Part shown: in pieces, positions 38,991 to 53,619 of the stretch | Numbering within the stretch: the stretch's first letter is position 1 | How the letters are laid out: each line of letters begins with the position of its first letter | Assembly: GCF_006345805.1 (NCBI RefSeq) | Contig: NC_043005.1 | Coordinates: 44,578,001 to 44,642,000 of the forward strand | DNA: 64,000 nucleotides | DNA from: Octopus sinensis | Taxonomy: Eukaryota | Direction of reading: 5' to 3' | The notes under the pieces: model-generated | Database searches by the model: none | Told to the model about the DNA's origin: nothing | The model's input: only the letters and a program-made list of their open reading frames with translations | Program-made: the position numbers and the translations under genes

Positions 38991-39509
38991 TATGTCTCAA
39001 AATGTTGTGAACTGGAAAATATTAATATTGTTCAGCCTAGAAGGATAAAATATCATGCTACTAGAAATAGTTACATAGAATATATAGATAAAATTCTATG
39101 GAAAACAATGACATTTGCTCTAGGTTTAAGAGAGCTGCTAAGGAAAAAAAAACAACCCAAAACATTGGAGTGTTGTTTCAGAATAGTTTCATATGATTAG
39201 ATCCCTCCTTTGTCCTGAAAATAACCTAACATCCTCTAATTTCCACTGTTGCTCATCCATAGGATAATCTTTACCTGGATGGCTTTCAGCATCTGGAGAT
39301 GTTTTGTTCAACCAGTTTAGTCACCAAAAATGCATTGGCATGTGTTGTAAGAAGCTTGCTTCCCAACCTCATTGTTCCAGGTTTAATTCCACAGTGTCTC
39401 ACCTTGGACAAGTGTTTTCTACTATAGCTTCAGTTGATGGAAACTAAAAGAATCCCTTCATACCTACATTTACTATTTTAAAAAATACATGTTTGCTATG
39501 GACTTCCAG

Positions 39510-41101
39510 TAACACATGTGCAATGATATGATGGGTGCCAGTCAGGCTACACAGGCATCAGCCATGACTATGATTTCACTCAGTTCAACAGGTCTTCACA
39601 AGCATGCCATATCGCCCAACGATTGAAGGGTGCTTTTAAATGGGCCAATTATGTGACACTGGCATTGGCCACAACTACATTCTCACTTGGCTTGCCAGGT
39701 CTTCTCAAACACAGCATATCTTAAAAGGTCTCGGTTGCTTGTCATTGCCTCTGTGAGGTCCAATGTTTGAAGGTCATGTTTCACCACCTCATCCCATATC
39801 TTCCCAAGTCTACCTCTTCCACAAGTTCCCTCCACTGTTAGGGTGTGACACTTCTTTACACAGCTGTCCCTATCCATATGCATCACATGACCATACCAGC
39901 ACAGTCGTCTCTCTTGCATACCACTTCAAATGCTTCTTATGTCCAACTTTTCTCTCAGGATACTTACACTCTGTTGTGCATGCACACTGACATTACACAT
40001 CCAGTGGAGCATACTAGCTTCATTTCTTTCAAGCCTACATATGTCTTCAGGTGTCACATCCCATATTTCACTGCTGTGTAGCATGGCTGTTTGCACACAG
40101 GCATCATACAATCTACCTTTCACTCTGAGTGAGAGGCCCTTTGTTACTAGCAGAAGTAGGAAGTCTCTACACTTTGCTCAGCCTATTCTTATATTCTAGC
40201 AGTTTCGCTCTCAGAGCATCCATCCTGCTACTGACTTGGTCACTGAGGTAATGGAAACTATCAACTTCTAGTTTTTTACCCTGGCATGTGAGGGAACCTA
40301 TTTTCTGTACATTTTCAGTGTTTATTGCACCTGTGCATCTTCCACATACAAAATCTATCTTCCCAGTTAACCTTCCTTTGATATTGCTGCACCTCTTATG
40401 TGTCCATAGCTTACACTGGGTACATCTTACAGAGTTTTTATCTATGCCTTTTCTACAGATCAAGCAAGGCCATCTACCTGAAAGGATTTGTGATTTGTCT
40501 GCCTTCCTACTTACTGAGACTTTGGTTTTTGCTAGGTTAACTCTAAGGCCCTTCGATTCTAGACCTTGCTTCCACACCTGAAACTTCTTCTCTAGTTCTG
40601 GTAGTGACTCAGCTATTAGAGCAAGGTCATCAGCATAGAGGAGCTCTCAAGGGCAGCCTGTCTTGAATTCCTCTGTTATTGCCTGGAGGACTATAATGAG
40701 CAAGAGGTGGCTGAGACTGATCCTTGGTGAACCCCTACCTCTACCTGGGATTACTCGCTTTACTCGTTGCCTTACTTACCTTACTGAAAGCATCCCTGTA
40801 CATGGCTTGTACAGCTCTCATCAACCACTCATCTACCCCTAGTTTCTGCATTGACTACCAGATAAGGGATCAGGAGACCCTGTTAAAGGCTTTCTCATGT
40901 CAAAAAAAGCCAAGTACGAAGGTTTATCTTTCGCTAGGAATGTCTCCCGCAGCTGTCTTACCAGAAATATAGTATCAGTGGTGTTTTTACCTGGCACAAA
41001 CCCAAACTGCATCTCATCTAAACCAACTCTCCCCCTAATTTGTTGGGATATGACCCTCTCCATGATTTTTATCACCTGATCCAGCAATTTGATACCTTGA
41101 C
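39510..41101 (-). pseudogene. Older degraded RTE LINE copy (RT domain through 3' UTR), 5'-truncated
   Basis: ORF fragments 40839-41087, 40167-40577, 39926-40123 and 39683-39919 are homologous to the + strand RTE ORF. Confidence 0.92.
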
Positions 41102-41112
41102 TTTATATACAG

Positions 41113-41148
<36 letters not shown>

Positions 41149-42279
41149 AATATATTATATATATATTAATATTAAAATTTATAGGCAGTATTTAAAGGTA
41201 GTAATTTTTAATTACTTTATAAGTGCCTGTTTTTTAGCATAACTGGATTTTGTCTTATTTCTCTACATTATGTTTTCCATTATTGACGTTCAAGATTCAT
41301 TCATGTTGCATGTCTTGCCAGCATTCTTCCCACATGCATGTCATATGTATACTTATGTATGTATGCTAGAGAATATATGATACAATGATATCAAGTCAAT
41401 GCAAAACATAGTATCTTAAAGATAGTGTGTTTGCACTAGAATGTGTGTGTGTGTGTGTGCGTGCATGTGTGTGTGTATGTATGTGTGCGTGTGTGTGTGT
41501 GTGTATCTTTCTGGTTGTGTTTGTCCCCCACCAATGCTTGATAACTGGTGTTGGTGTGTTTACATCCCTGTAAATTACTGGTTCAACAGAGATAAAATAA
41601 GTATCAGGCCTTTAAAAACACAAAATAAGTATTGAAGTCCAGCCATTTGACTAAAAATTCTTCAGGGTGGTGCCTCAGTATAACTGGAGTCCAAAGACTG
41701 AAACAAATAAAAGAAGACACAAAAAGATTAACCAAGAGTTAGACATTGTTACCTGATTACTGCTGCTCATTACTAAGCTCATATCAATAACATAGATAGT
41801 CAAATTGACATAATCTCAACTAAAGATAAGGCTCCCATTTGGAGGTCCCTTCTCTGTGGGAAAATGGGCAAACACTGATTTTACTTGTGACTTCTAAGTT
41901 GTTGATACAGTGAAGAATCTAGAAGATGATTGCCACAGAAACATGCTAAGAAGTCAGGCTTATAAAGCTCATAAGCAGGAAAGGTCCAGTTTATCATGAG
42001 ATCAAAGCTACAGCACTTGAATTGATTCATCATTTAGCAAGAATCTGAAAAGCACAGGGTCGACCCAGTGAATGCAATAAGATGCTTATTGCTACTTCTA
42101 GTCCAAGGACATAATTGTATACTTTGGTTGAAAACTGACCCCAGCCATTTATAATAAAAATAGACACACACTTGTGTTCAAATATTGAATCTGCATGCTT
42201 GATTTAGGTGAAAATATTTGATTCTCAGTAGTTATTTTCTTGTCATAACAATACTGTATGTATATCATTGATAATGATC

Positions 42280-42312
<33 letters not shown>

Positions 42313-42635
42313 TGTATATGTGTGCATGTTTGTCTTTGTATTTGTATATGTATGTATTTATGTGGAATTATATATGTATGTGTGTATGTACGTATGTGTG
42401 TGTGTGTCTGTGTGTCTGTCTGTCAGTCTGTATGTATGTATGTATGCATGCATGTATGTATGTGTGCATGCATGTATGTATGTGTATGTATGTAAATTTG
42501 TATGTATCTATGTATGAATGTATGTATGTATGTATATATGTAGGAAGGTAGGTGGCTTGGGTGGTAGGTAGGAAGGTAAGTATGTATGTAAGTAGGTAGG
42601 TAGGTAGGTAGGCAGGTAGGTAGGTAGGTAGGCAT
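42280..42635. repeat. Compound (TATG)n/(TG)n/(TAGG)n microsatellite
   Basis: Direct inspection. Confidence 0.85.
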
Positions 42636-44505
42636 ATATGAATAGCTGAATGGATGGCTCTATACATGTATGTACTATATATATTGCTGATAATTAATAA
42701 TTATACGCATATGAGTACATTTTTATGTATGTATGTTTTTGTTATTTATATTGTTGATAATGATCATGTGGATGTATGTACATGATGATTATGATATCAA
42801 TGTCTATATGTACCATAAACATTGGAAACAAGGAAACTAGAACATGCAAAAGACAAAAGTGGATACCCATCGCTATCAAGATTCTGTAATCATTTAATTT
42901 TATATTTTATGCATCAAATAAATGGGGCTACTCAGTGAACTATATTTCTTTTCCCCTAAGAAAACCTTCATTTAAAATATGATCAATGCTGTTTTCATTA
43001 TAAATATAGGAATTATTGAATTTTAGTGTTTAGAATTAAAATGATATATGTTTAGATATAATTTTTTATATTTTAATCTTTGCCAGATTAAGCCAGATAC
43101 AAGCAACTTAATGTTTAAGCTTTCAGACATTTTGAAGGCATACAAAGTTTTCAGAAAGAAACTTATATTGATTTTATGAGAAAGATCAAAAAAGGAAAAC
43201 ACAAGTATTCTGAAACTATTATCAAGATAAAGATGCTTTTGAAAAAATCAATATTTGATATTATCTTGCAAATATTTTCAGTGAAAATTCTTCAAGTTGC
43301 TGTAATATATGATGTTTTAGCATGGTATTTTAGGATTATTTTCCAAATTCTATGATATAGTTTCTTTTATATTTGAAGAAATGCTACAAATATATTGGTA
43401 ATTTATTGTTGAAAATATCCAATGTGATTGTAGGTTTATAAGTTGAATACTTTTCACTTAAATTCTCTTTAACAAAATGTTCCCAAAACTAAAAATGAAG
43501 AGAACAAGTTATTTTTATTCCATAATCCTTGTACACAAATGATTAGAATTAAATTGAAACTAAAAGAAAATACTGTTTTACAAGGATGCATTTGTTTCTT
43601 TTACGTAGGAAGTATATTAAATATTATCTGTTGCATGAGTGAATGAGAAATTTTACTATTATTAAAAAAAAAAAACTAACAAAAGAAAGAAATTAGATTT
43701 ATTTGCAACTTGTTAATTTACCCATTCTGTAGGATGCTATTCGTAAAATCCCAATATTAGATTTTGAAAATGAATATATTTATTCAATTTGGCCCACTAT
43801 TTTACTGGCACATATTTTTAACCTAAAGGAATAAAGCATAAAGCCTAAAATATTTTGACCTGAATGAAAAAAGCACAACAAGAATTGAACTCAGAAATAT
43901 AGAAACAAGACAAAATGCAATAATACATTTTCTCTGTCAAAATTTTAGTGCTGACTCAGTAAAATTGAAAAGCAAAGCATGCGGAAAAGAAAGGGAACTG
44001 AAAGAAAATGAATAAATATGTTGGAGTAGCCATTGTGTTACAGAGAGTCTATGGTCTGGTATGATTGATGGCTCCATAGTTTATATGGTAGACTTAGAGG
44101 AGCAAATCATTTGTTTAGAATAAGTAAATAAGATTCTATCTCACATAAGTAACTGGTTTATGTGTTAGGTTGATGGAGAAAACAGTAAATTAAATGTACT
44201 GAGTCAATGATAAACTTTAAAGTCATCTAAGTTCAAAGCCGATATAATTTATGATGATCCTGAAGTGTTATAAAATAATGTTACATCCTGACAGATATAG
44301 ATGGCTGGGCTGATAGGCTGCCAATCATGGCCAGTCTGCACCATAAAAATGTGTCTCAGTGCAAACACAGTGGTTGGTTCATGTGTCCTAGTTATAAATA
44401 GCCATGGCAGTATACTACTTGTTGTAATCAGAAAAAAAGGGCATTCATTATATAATTGATTAACTGACTGTGAAGGTCTGGTGAAGGCAATGACTTTGTA
44501 TTTAA

Positions 44506-44726
44506 CCCTTTAGCATTTAAACCGGCCATATCTGGCTGAAATGTTCTACTTGTTTTACGTTCAAATTGGCCAGCTCCAACCTCTCACACAGACCCTATAA
44601 TATCATTCTTTCAAATAAACAAATGTATCATCGAAATCTTGAAGCTACATGAAAATGCATGTTTAATTCAAAACAATATAAGTTAATAAGCATTACAATT
44701 GACAGAATAATCTGAATGCTAAAGGG
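44506..44726. mobile_element. piggyBac-like MITE
   Basis: TTAA-CCCTTTAGCATT ... AATGCTAAAGGG-TTAA. Confidence 0.8.
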
Positions 44727-47700
44727 TTAATGTAGTCAAGACTGCATCCTTAAGTTTTGGCTTATTCTTTGTCAGCAGTATACATTGACTGACGTACTGA
44801 ATGGCTTACTGAATGCTGACCGACTTACCAAATCTGTACAATTGTTGACCAAATGTCTTACTGAACTACTGTACAGTTGCCATTCAAGGCATATATCTTA
44901 CCCCCTTACTTGATTAATGTTAACATATCTGCAATAATATAGCTTCCACACATACGAATCTTTGATTAACAATACACAGCAATACACTGGCTCTTTTATA
45001 ATTATAATACTTTTATTTTTATAATGCTCTTTGCATCTCTATACTGGCAAACTCACATAATCATCAACCTTCTCATTTCACTCACCTGATCTCTTTTCAG
45101 CTTATTCTTCAGAATGTGGCTCTTAGATCACTATGATTATGATATTGCTAAAGATTTAACATTTAGCACTTAACAAAGTTATAAGAAAGAGGGATTGTGG
45201 TAGGGTTGTTACAAAGATAAATAAAGCAACAACATAAAACTAATCACATAAATTTCTGCTGGTGACATTTATGTGTTACATTAGAACAAAGATAGATAAA
45301 TAGATAGACAGAGAGAGAGAGAGAGAGAGTGACAGACAGACAGACAGGGGAATGAAGAAAGAAGGAGAGAAAGACTGTTTGATATGAATAGTGAGTTAAT
45401 GCATTAACTGGGGTTATTGTTGAGTTATACTGTTTGGTGAAATAACAGTTTCTTTTATAGATTTTATGTTCTACACTTCTTTCACATTAGAATTCTTGGA
45501 TTTAGGAGTGGCTGCAACAATAATTGATATGGATACTTAAATTATCAGTGCAATCTACAGTATCCTGGCATGGCAAAATGGATGTACAAACAAGTATAAG
45601 AAAGGACATAGCCGAAAAAAACCAAATAAAAGAAATCAGTTGGCCATAATTTTTCTTTATCCTCAAATGGAAAGAGGAAGTATTGCCTCTAACTTGTGAA
45701 GGCTCTTTTGGATCAGGGAGAGAAGATTGAATAATACGATTGCGGTTAATACAGAGGTTGAAAAGAAGAAGAAAATTATGATAATAGAAGAGAAAGAGCC
45801 ATCGTGTAATGGTTATTGGCATGAATGACTGCAACGCTTCGTTGTGTGGTTTAGGCAGATAATTACAGTCTGAATAGCAAGAAGTGGGGTAATTGGTGTG
45901 AAGGAGAAGGGGGAAATGTAATGGTTGAAATACAGGCAATAATGATAATATAAAGCCATGTCTTTAATAAGAGAGACAACATATAGGGAACTACTTTCGC
46001 TTTTTCAAATGGCTGCTTTTACAACAAACTCTTGCTAAAATTAAAACATAGATTTTAAAGCTATTTATCTGGTTAGATATTCAGTAATTAAAACTGTGCA
46101 GCTCATTATTGTTGATAAATCAGAGGTAACATATTTTGGGGGAAATATTTAAATTTTAAATCTAATAAAATGATGTAAAGAAAGAAAAAAAATCCTGATT
46201 TATATTGCATTTCATTTTTATTTAATTTATTTTTTTTTTTGCAGTCTTTATGTATGTAAACTTCCTCATGATCAGAACTAGGCTAGAATATCTTACATCT
46301 GTGTGTAGTATTGTTTTTATTCTCAATTGTGAATTCTTAATGATACTTTTTTCTTTTCTTTTTTTTTTTTGGTGTTTTTGATAAAAATCAAACAAATATA
46401 ATACAACTAAAAATACTGAGCGAAAAGATGAACTAGAAATATATCACATTATTTTTATCATAAAATGAATGAAGTGAAAAGTCTAGATTTTAGGAAAAGA
46501 TATTGCTGACAGATGTTGCATTTATAGTCATGTTGTGTGAGATTTATTACACTTAAGAACTATTTAAGATGTGCTATTTTTTTAATCGAAAGGAAATACT
46601 TTGAAGATTAATTCAAAAGTCTGGATTGGTTTATTAGGTTCCAATCATAAACAGTTTACTGCTTTGCAGATGGATAGGTTGAATTTAATTTGAATTATTA
46701 TGTTATTTTAAAACTTTTCTTCAAAAACTTGAAGAACTCACTTAACCATTTTAATTGATAAGGTTTTGAAACTAAATAAAGAAAAAAAAGATGTCTAGAA
46801 TTTTAAAACAATATAAATAAATTAACTAAAATAAATATATACTTATATTCAGTTAAGCTGTATGAAAAAGCATGAATTTAGGGCAGTTTTCATAAAATTT
46901 GCTAGAACGATATGAAATGTCAAACATAATTTGAAAAATTAATTGGAAAGTAGTTGTAAATACATGTAAAGAGGGAAGTACATATGTATGGAGAGCAAGA
47001 GAGAGAAAAGGGGTTGCGGGGAAAAGTCTGGAAAACAGGTGTCTTAAAGGTAATGTCATGATAATGAGATTGGTGGTGGTGATGGGAATAGGAATGATGA
47101 TGATAATGATGGTCATAATGGTGGTGATGTTGGTGGTGTGGTAGTAGTTATTGTCATCAACATTGACATTATGATCGTGATGGTAATGCAGTGATGGTGG
47201 TAATGATGATAATGATATATAATATGCATGATGTAGATATGTGATGAAGATGATGATGTATAATATACATGGTGTATGATATACAAAACAAGTTAAACAT
47301 AAGGGTTACAAAATGAGTAAGGACAGGTTGCAAAAAAAATTAGCACAATATATTGAAGTAAGTTAAAAATTTGAACCAAAATAAATGCAAAAGAGCCACA
47401 CAGCCTCCCACTGCACCCCCACACTCGCACACAGACACACAGACACACACACACACGTCATTCTTACTGTAACTCTTTAAAATACCTGAAACAAGATTCC
47501 TTTTGAAATTTGACATTGATTTCAAATTTTGACACATGGTCAGCAATTTCGACAGAGAAAGTAAGCCAATTTCTTTGACCCCAGTATTCAATTGGTACTT
47601 ATTTTATTGCCCCTGAAAGAATGAAAAGCACAATGGAATTTGAGCTCAGAATGTAAAGGCTGACAGAATGGTATTAAGCATCTCACCCAGTGTTCTAATT

Positions 47701-47731
47701 CTGCCAGCTTGTCACCTTAGTAATGATGATG

Positions 47732-47762
<31 letters not shown>

Positions 47763-47787
47763 CAGTAATAATAATAATTATTATTAA

Positions 47788-48030
47788 GATATAGACAAAT
47801 AGCTGAAGAATAAGCCAAGATATAGACAGATGGCTGAAGGAGATTGAAATAGAGCTCCTACCGAGAGTTTGTCGCTTAGGAACAGCAAAGGTTACCAGGA
47901 GGATTCTAAGCACTTGAAAGACTGTTGGAAAACTTGTGGATACCTAAGGTTTCAGGTAGCAACCTGCTATCTACATAATTCCTACCAGGAATAAGACCAA
48001 ACCTGAGTCAAACCAAAATAATAATAATAA
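47788..48030 (+). mobile_element. R4/Dong-like LINE 3' end between (AAT)n tracts
   Basis: IDRWLKEIEIELLPRVCRLGTAKVTRRILST* followed by a short UTR and (TAA)n. Confidence 0.65.
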
Positions 48031-48228
48031 TGGTCTCAAATTTTGGCACAAGGCCAGCAATTTCAGAGAGAGGTAGATTACATTGACTCCAGTGCTCAAC
48101 TGGTACTTATATTAATGATGTAAAGCAAAGTGGACCTCAGCGGAATTTAAACTTAGAATGTAAAGGTAGATGAAATGCTACTAAACATTTTGCCCTGCAT
48201 GCTAATGATTCCACCAGTTCAACACCTT
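48030..48228 (-). mobile_element. Meta-like SINE
   Basis: Family core and head. Further copies at ~47545-47720, ~49625-49826 and ~61945-62095. Confidence 0.7.
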
Positions 48229-49519
48229 ACAGCCTGATATTAATTGCTAGTTGCTGTTGAATAGCTTGATGCTTTCATCATCATCATCATCATCATCATC
48301 GTTTAACGTCCGCTTTCCATGCTAGCATGGGTTGGACGATTTGACTGGGGTCTGGCGAACCAGTTGACTGCACCAGACTCCATTCTGATCTGGCAGAGTT
48401 TCTACAGCTGGATGCCCTTCCTAATGCCAACCACTCCGAGAGTGTAGAGGGTGCTTTTACGTGCCACTGGCACGAGGGCCAGTCAGGCAGTACTGGCAAT
48501 GGCCACGCTCAAATGGTGCTTTTTATGTGCCACCTGCACAGGAGCCAGTTCAGCCACCAGCACAAGTGCCAGTAAGGTGACGCAGGTAACGATCATGCTC
48601 CAATAGTGTTTTTTACATGCCACCATAGATATAGTTAATTTGTCTCAGGAAAAAATTCTCATCTATTGAAAACTCCAGCATCAAGTGCAGCAGGCAGGTA
48701 ACCAAGCCATTTATTTCAGTGTTGTTCACAAGCTCTCATTTGAGTTTCAAATATATTATAACAAAACTTGATCATTCTAACAACATAGGTGTGACTATAG
48801 GTGCAGGTGTGGTTATAGACACAAGTATGGCATAGATGCAGGTGTGGCTGTGTAGTTAAGATGCCTGTTTGCCAACCACATGCTTTTGGGTTCAGTTTTA
48901 CTGTGCAGCATGTTTGGCAAGCAATTTCTGCTATAGCCCTGGGCCAAGCAAAGCCTTGTGGTTGGATTTGGAGGATTGTAAAACAGAAACTGAAAGAAAC
49001 CTTATATATGTATGTGTGTGTGTGTGCTTGTGCTTATTTATCTTTTTTGTTCTATCTTTTACTTGTTTCAGTCAGACTGGCCATGCTGGGGCACAGCCTT
49101 CAAGAATTTTTAGTCGAATGAATCAAACTCAGTACTTTTTTTTTAGCATGGTACTTATTCTTTCAGTCTCTTTTGTCAAACTGCTATATTACGGGAATGT
49201 AAATACACCAACACTGGTTGTCAAGCACACACACACACATGCACACACACATACACACATGCGCGTGCACACATACACACACATACAAACATACACACAC
49301 ACACACACACGATGGGCTTTCACTTCCCACCTACTGAATCAACTCACAAGGCTTTGGAGTGCCCAAGGCTATTGCAGAAGATGCCCAAATATGAATATGT
49401 ATATTCATGGAAAGAGAGATAAAGGTAATGGTGAACTGCCTGAAATAGATTAGGAAAGAGAGTTGGAAATATGTATGTCTCAGTGCTTGTGTGTGTGCAT
49501 GAGTGTGTGTATACACACA

Positions 49520-49561
<42 letters not shown>

Positions 49562-50271
49562 TATTTATATATATATACACATACACACAAATATATATAT
49601 ATATACATACAATATACATATATTTCAGGCACAAAGCCTGAAATTTTGGGTAAGGGGGCCAGTCAATTGGATTGACCTCAATACAAAACTGGTACTTAAT
49701 TTATCGACTTCAAAAGGATGAAAGATAAAGTTGACCACAGTGGAATTAGAACTCAGAACATAAAGACAGACAAAACACCTTGAAGCATTTTGCCCGGTGT
49801 GCTAACATTTCTGCCACCTCACTGCCTTCACAAATATATATATATATAGTTGTAGCAATGAAGTCACACCAAATAGTGATGTATTGTAATCATTTAATAT
49901 ATTCATTTCAGGTTTGCATAGTATATAATAATAAGTGCAGCCATTTTATAAACTTTCCTCAGTTAAAGCAGTATGCAATGGATGCATTTCCTATTATATA
50001 TTAGGTTAAACCTGAAATGTATTTATCAAATGCTTTCAAAATATCACTATTTAGTTTAACTCCATTTTTACAACTTATCGACTTGATGAGAGTACAAACG
50101 AGTCAGTCTTGTCTCCACTTATGTGGATACTCCAACAACAGTCTGAAGTAATCTGTTATATTTAACTCAAGTTGAAAATTCTGGTAAAGTGCATCACTTC
50201 TTGGTGTAATATGCAATACATACATACATACATACATACATACATACATACATACATACATACATACATAC

Positions 50272-50293
<22 letters not shown>

Positions 50294-50315
<22 letters not shown>

Positions 50316-50658
50316 TAAAATATTAGGGAATAAATCCAAACTTACAGGGAAAAATCAGATTTAGGATTGAATCCAATTTTATAGTAAAATATTATATTAT
50401 ATTAAATTAGAGATAAAACCACTATTCGGCAAATCATACAATGAAAAACTTAAGCCAATACATAAGATTAATTAATTTATATTATTTAAATATATATCAA
50501 AATTATTAAAAAAGATAATTAATATAATTAATATTAATTATCTTTTTTAATAATTTTGATATATATTTAAATAATATAAATTAATTAATCTTATGTATTG
50601 GCTTAAGTTTTTCATTGTATGATTTGCCTAATAGTGGTTTTATCTCTAATTTAATATA

Positions 50659-50662
<4 letters not shown>
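50294..50662. mobile_element. (TA)n-embedded element with a ~270-bp near-perfect palindrome
   Basis: 50390-50525 is the reverse complement of 50531-50662 with one visible mismatch and a 5-nt loop. An unpaired 5' extension lies at 50294-50390. Confidence 0.8.
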
Positions 50663-50709
<47 letters not shown>

Positions 50710-50724
50710 ATGTATGTATGTATA

Positions 50725-51090
50725 CATAAGATTTACAGAAAAGCAAAAGATGAAGACAGGTGTGTAAACAACAAGCAGGTGTATTAGTTTGATGCTCAGG
50801 AAAGTGAGAAAGTCTTTTATGTTTCAAGCCTATGCTCTTCAACAGAAAGAAGCACAAGGAAATAAACAGAGAATAAAAAGAACTTGTGGAAGTCCGAAGT
50901 GTAGGAGGTTAAAGCAGGATAAAACTGGTGCGAACATGTGAGTGTACAATATATAGTTGAAATTTACAGAGAAATAAAAGACAAAGGCAGGTGTATTAGT
51001 TTGATGCTCAAGAAAGTGAGAAAGTCTTTTACATTTTGAGCCTATGCTCTTCAACAAAAAGGAACTCAAGAAAATAAACATAAACAGAGA
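50725..51090 (-). mobile_element. Microsatellite-embedded element with two direct repeats carrying a minimal hammerhead-like variant motif
   Basis: Repeats ~50775-50860 and ~50985-51075. The two-copy minus-strand consensus is UCUUU-CUGUUGAA-GAGC-loop-GCUC-GAAAC-GUA-AAAGA; neither copy matches it fully. Confidence 0.5.
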
Positions 51091-51447
51091 GAGAATGTGT
51101 GTATATATATATGTGTCCAACCTATACCAGTATGGAAAGCAGACGTTAAACAATGATGATGATATATGTATAAACGATGATGATAATATATGTATATATA
51201 TATACACATACATACATATGTGTATGTATCATCATCATCATCATCATTAGCGTTGTTTAACGTCTGCTTTCCATACTGGCAAAAGTTGGACGGTTTGACT
51301 GAGGACTGGCAAGCCAGGAAGCTGCTCCAGGCTCCTATATGATCTGGCAAGGTTTCTACAGCTGGATGCCCTTCCTAACACCAACCACCCTGAGAGTGTA
51401 GTGGGTGCTTTTAATGTGCCACCAGCACATATGTATATATATATATC

Positions 51448-51835
51448 ATGGCACTCTGTCAGTTACAATGATGAGGGTTCCAGTTGATCCAATCAATGGA
51501 ACAGCCTGCTCGTGAAATTAACATGCAAGTAGCTGAGCACACCACAGATACGTGTACCCTTAACATAGTCCTCAGAGAGATTCAGTATGACACAGAGTGT
51601 GACAAGGCTGGCCCTTTGAAATACAGGTACAATAGAAACAGGAAGAAAGAGTGAGAGAAAGTTGTGGTGGAAAAGGAAAAGTACAGCAGGGTTCGCCACC
51701 ACCTCCTGCCGGAGCCTCATGGAGCTTTAGGTGTTTTCACTCAATAAACACTCATGACACCCAGTCTGAAAATTGAAACCGTGATCCTACAACCACAAGT
51801 CTGTTGCCCTAACCACTGGGCCTTTGCACCTCCAC
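51448..51835 (-). mobile_element. Third tRNA-derived SINE family
   Basis: Shared body GGTTCCAGTTGATCC...GTGTACCCTTAAC...GTGACAAGGCTGGC. Related copies at ~18405-18700 (-) and ~23160-23400 (+). Confidence 0.65.
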
Positions 51836-53619
51836 GATATATATATATATATCATCATCATCATCAGTTAACATCTCTTTCCCATGTTGGCATGGGTTGA
51901 ACATTGTCTGCTCTAATTGTCTGCTTTGGCATGGTTTCTAACAGTTGGTTTCTCTTCCTAACACTGACCATTTTAAAGAGCATACTGGGTGCTTTTTTAC
52001 ATGGCACCCTCACCAGTGCTTTTTACATGACACCAGCATCATGAAACCCTACCAAAAGCAAGTACATATATATATATATATATATATCATAGAGCAGTAC
52101 ATAACTGCTTATAATATAGAACTCATCAGAATGCTATTGATGGTTTTACTTTAACCACTGCATTTCGCAACACTGATGACTCAACAAACATGGTGGCTGG
52201 AAGTACCATCATGTCTCATATATATATATATATTTTAATATTTCGCTTAGGCATAGTGAGTCTAATAACTTAGTGTAGAACTCAGTATTTATATATATAT
52301 ATATGTGTGTGTGTGCGTGTGTATGTGTGTGTGTGTGGGAGAGAAAGAGAGAAAGAATTTGTATGTGTGGTTATATAAATACATTATCCTCACTCCAATT
52401 TTATTTTTTTCTTTCCTTTTCCCTTTTTCACCTCGGAAACTGTTTGAAGTGGAAAATGGAAAATTTATGGTTGTCGTATTACCTGAACTAATGCCCAGAA
52501 TGTACTAATCAGATAAGATTTTAAATATGTATTTTAACACTATTTAAACATACTGTTTTTGCAGGTACATAAAGCAAATGTGAAATTAAATATAAAAGTG
52601 AAAAACCATTTTCCAGTTAGCACATCATTCTGCTAAAAAAAAAATTTTAATGTAAAACACATATTTACCATAAAGTCCTAATTTGTTCATAAAGTAAAAA
52701 GAAATCATCAACATTGTTATCATCATCCTTTAACATCTGTTTTCCATGCTGGCATGGGTTGGATGGTTTGACCAAATCTGGTAAGCTGGAGAGCTGCACT
52801 AGGTTCTAGACTGATTTGGCTTTGTTTTGATGGCTGGATGCCCTTCCTAATGCCAACCACTTTATGGTGTGTGCTGGGTGTTTTTAATATGACACCAGCA
52901 CAAGCACTTCTTTATGGTATCGGCATAAATGCTTTTTACATGATACCAGAACAGGATTCCTGCAGGCCAATGCTTTTCATCAGGGAGAGCAGCCTTATCA
53001 TTTCTTACCATGGAGAATGGGTCTTGAGTACAGCAAGGTGCCATATATTTCAGTCCTTTGTCATCTCCTCTGATTAATTCAGTCTCCTGAGGTCATCCTT
53101 TAATACTTTGCCCTGGGTCTCCCTCTTCCAAATATAACAAAATAAAATTATATATAAGACATTGTCTCCAGACTCTTCCTTTGTGTGACACAATGCTGTT
53201 AAGATGAAACTTGCAAAGTTTTGTCCTTATTTTTTTCATTATTTTTCTTTGACAAGAAACCAAATGGCAAATGAAGAGAGGGGGAAGAGAAATATTTTTA
53301 AAATACATGTTTTCCTTTTGTTGTATCAGTGACATCTTTATTGTTTTTTTCCTTACTTGTTTCTAAGTTACTGGACTGGGAGCATGAAGGGGCATCACCT
53401 TGAAGGGCTTTAGTTGAATGAACTGACTCTGGTAAACATTTTTTTAAAGTCTGATCATTATTCTGTCTCTAATGCTAAATTGATAAATCACAGTGACATA
53501 ATCAAACCAACTCAAGTTGTCATATGGCAGTGGAAGACAAACACAAAGACAAACCTGCAGATACATATACTTGCACACATACACATTATATATATATATA
53601 TATATATATACTTTTCTTT

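Noticed and set aside
45502-45939. 145-aa minus-strand ORF
   Set aside because: No recognisable domain. The purine-rich plus strand makes stop-poor reverse frames likely by chance, and no splice support was found.
52432-52504. 73-nt minus-strand candidate exon (YILGISSGNTTTINFPFSTSNSFR)
   Set aside because: The acceptor is weak, an equally plausible plus-strand frame exists, and no homology is recognisable.
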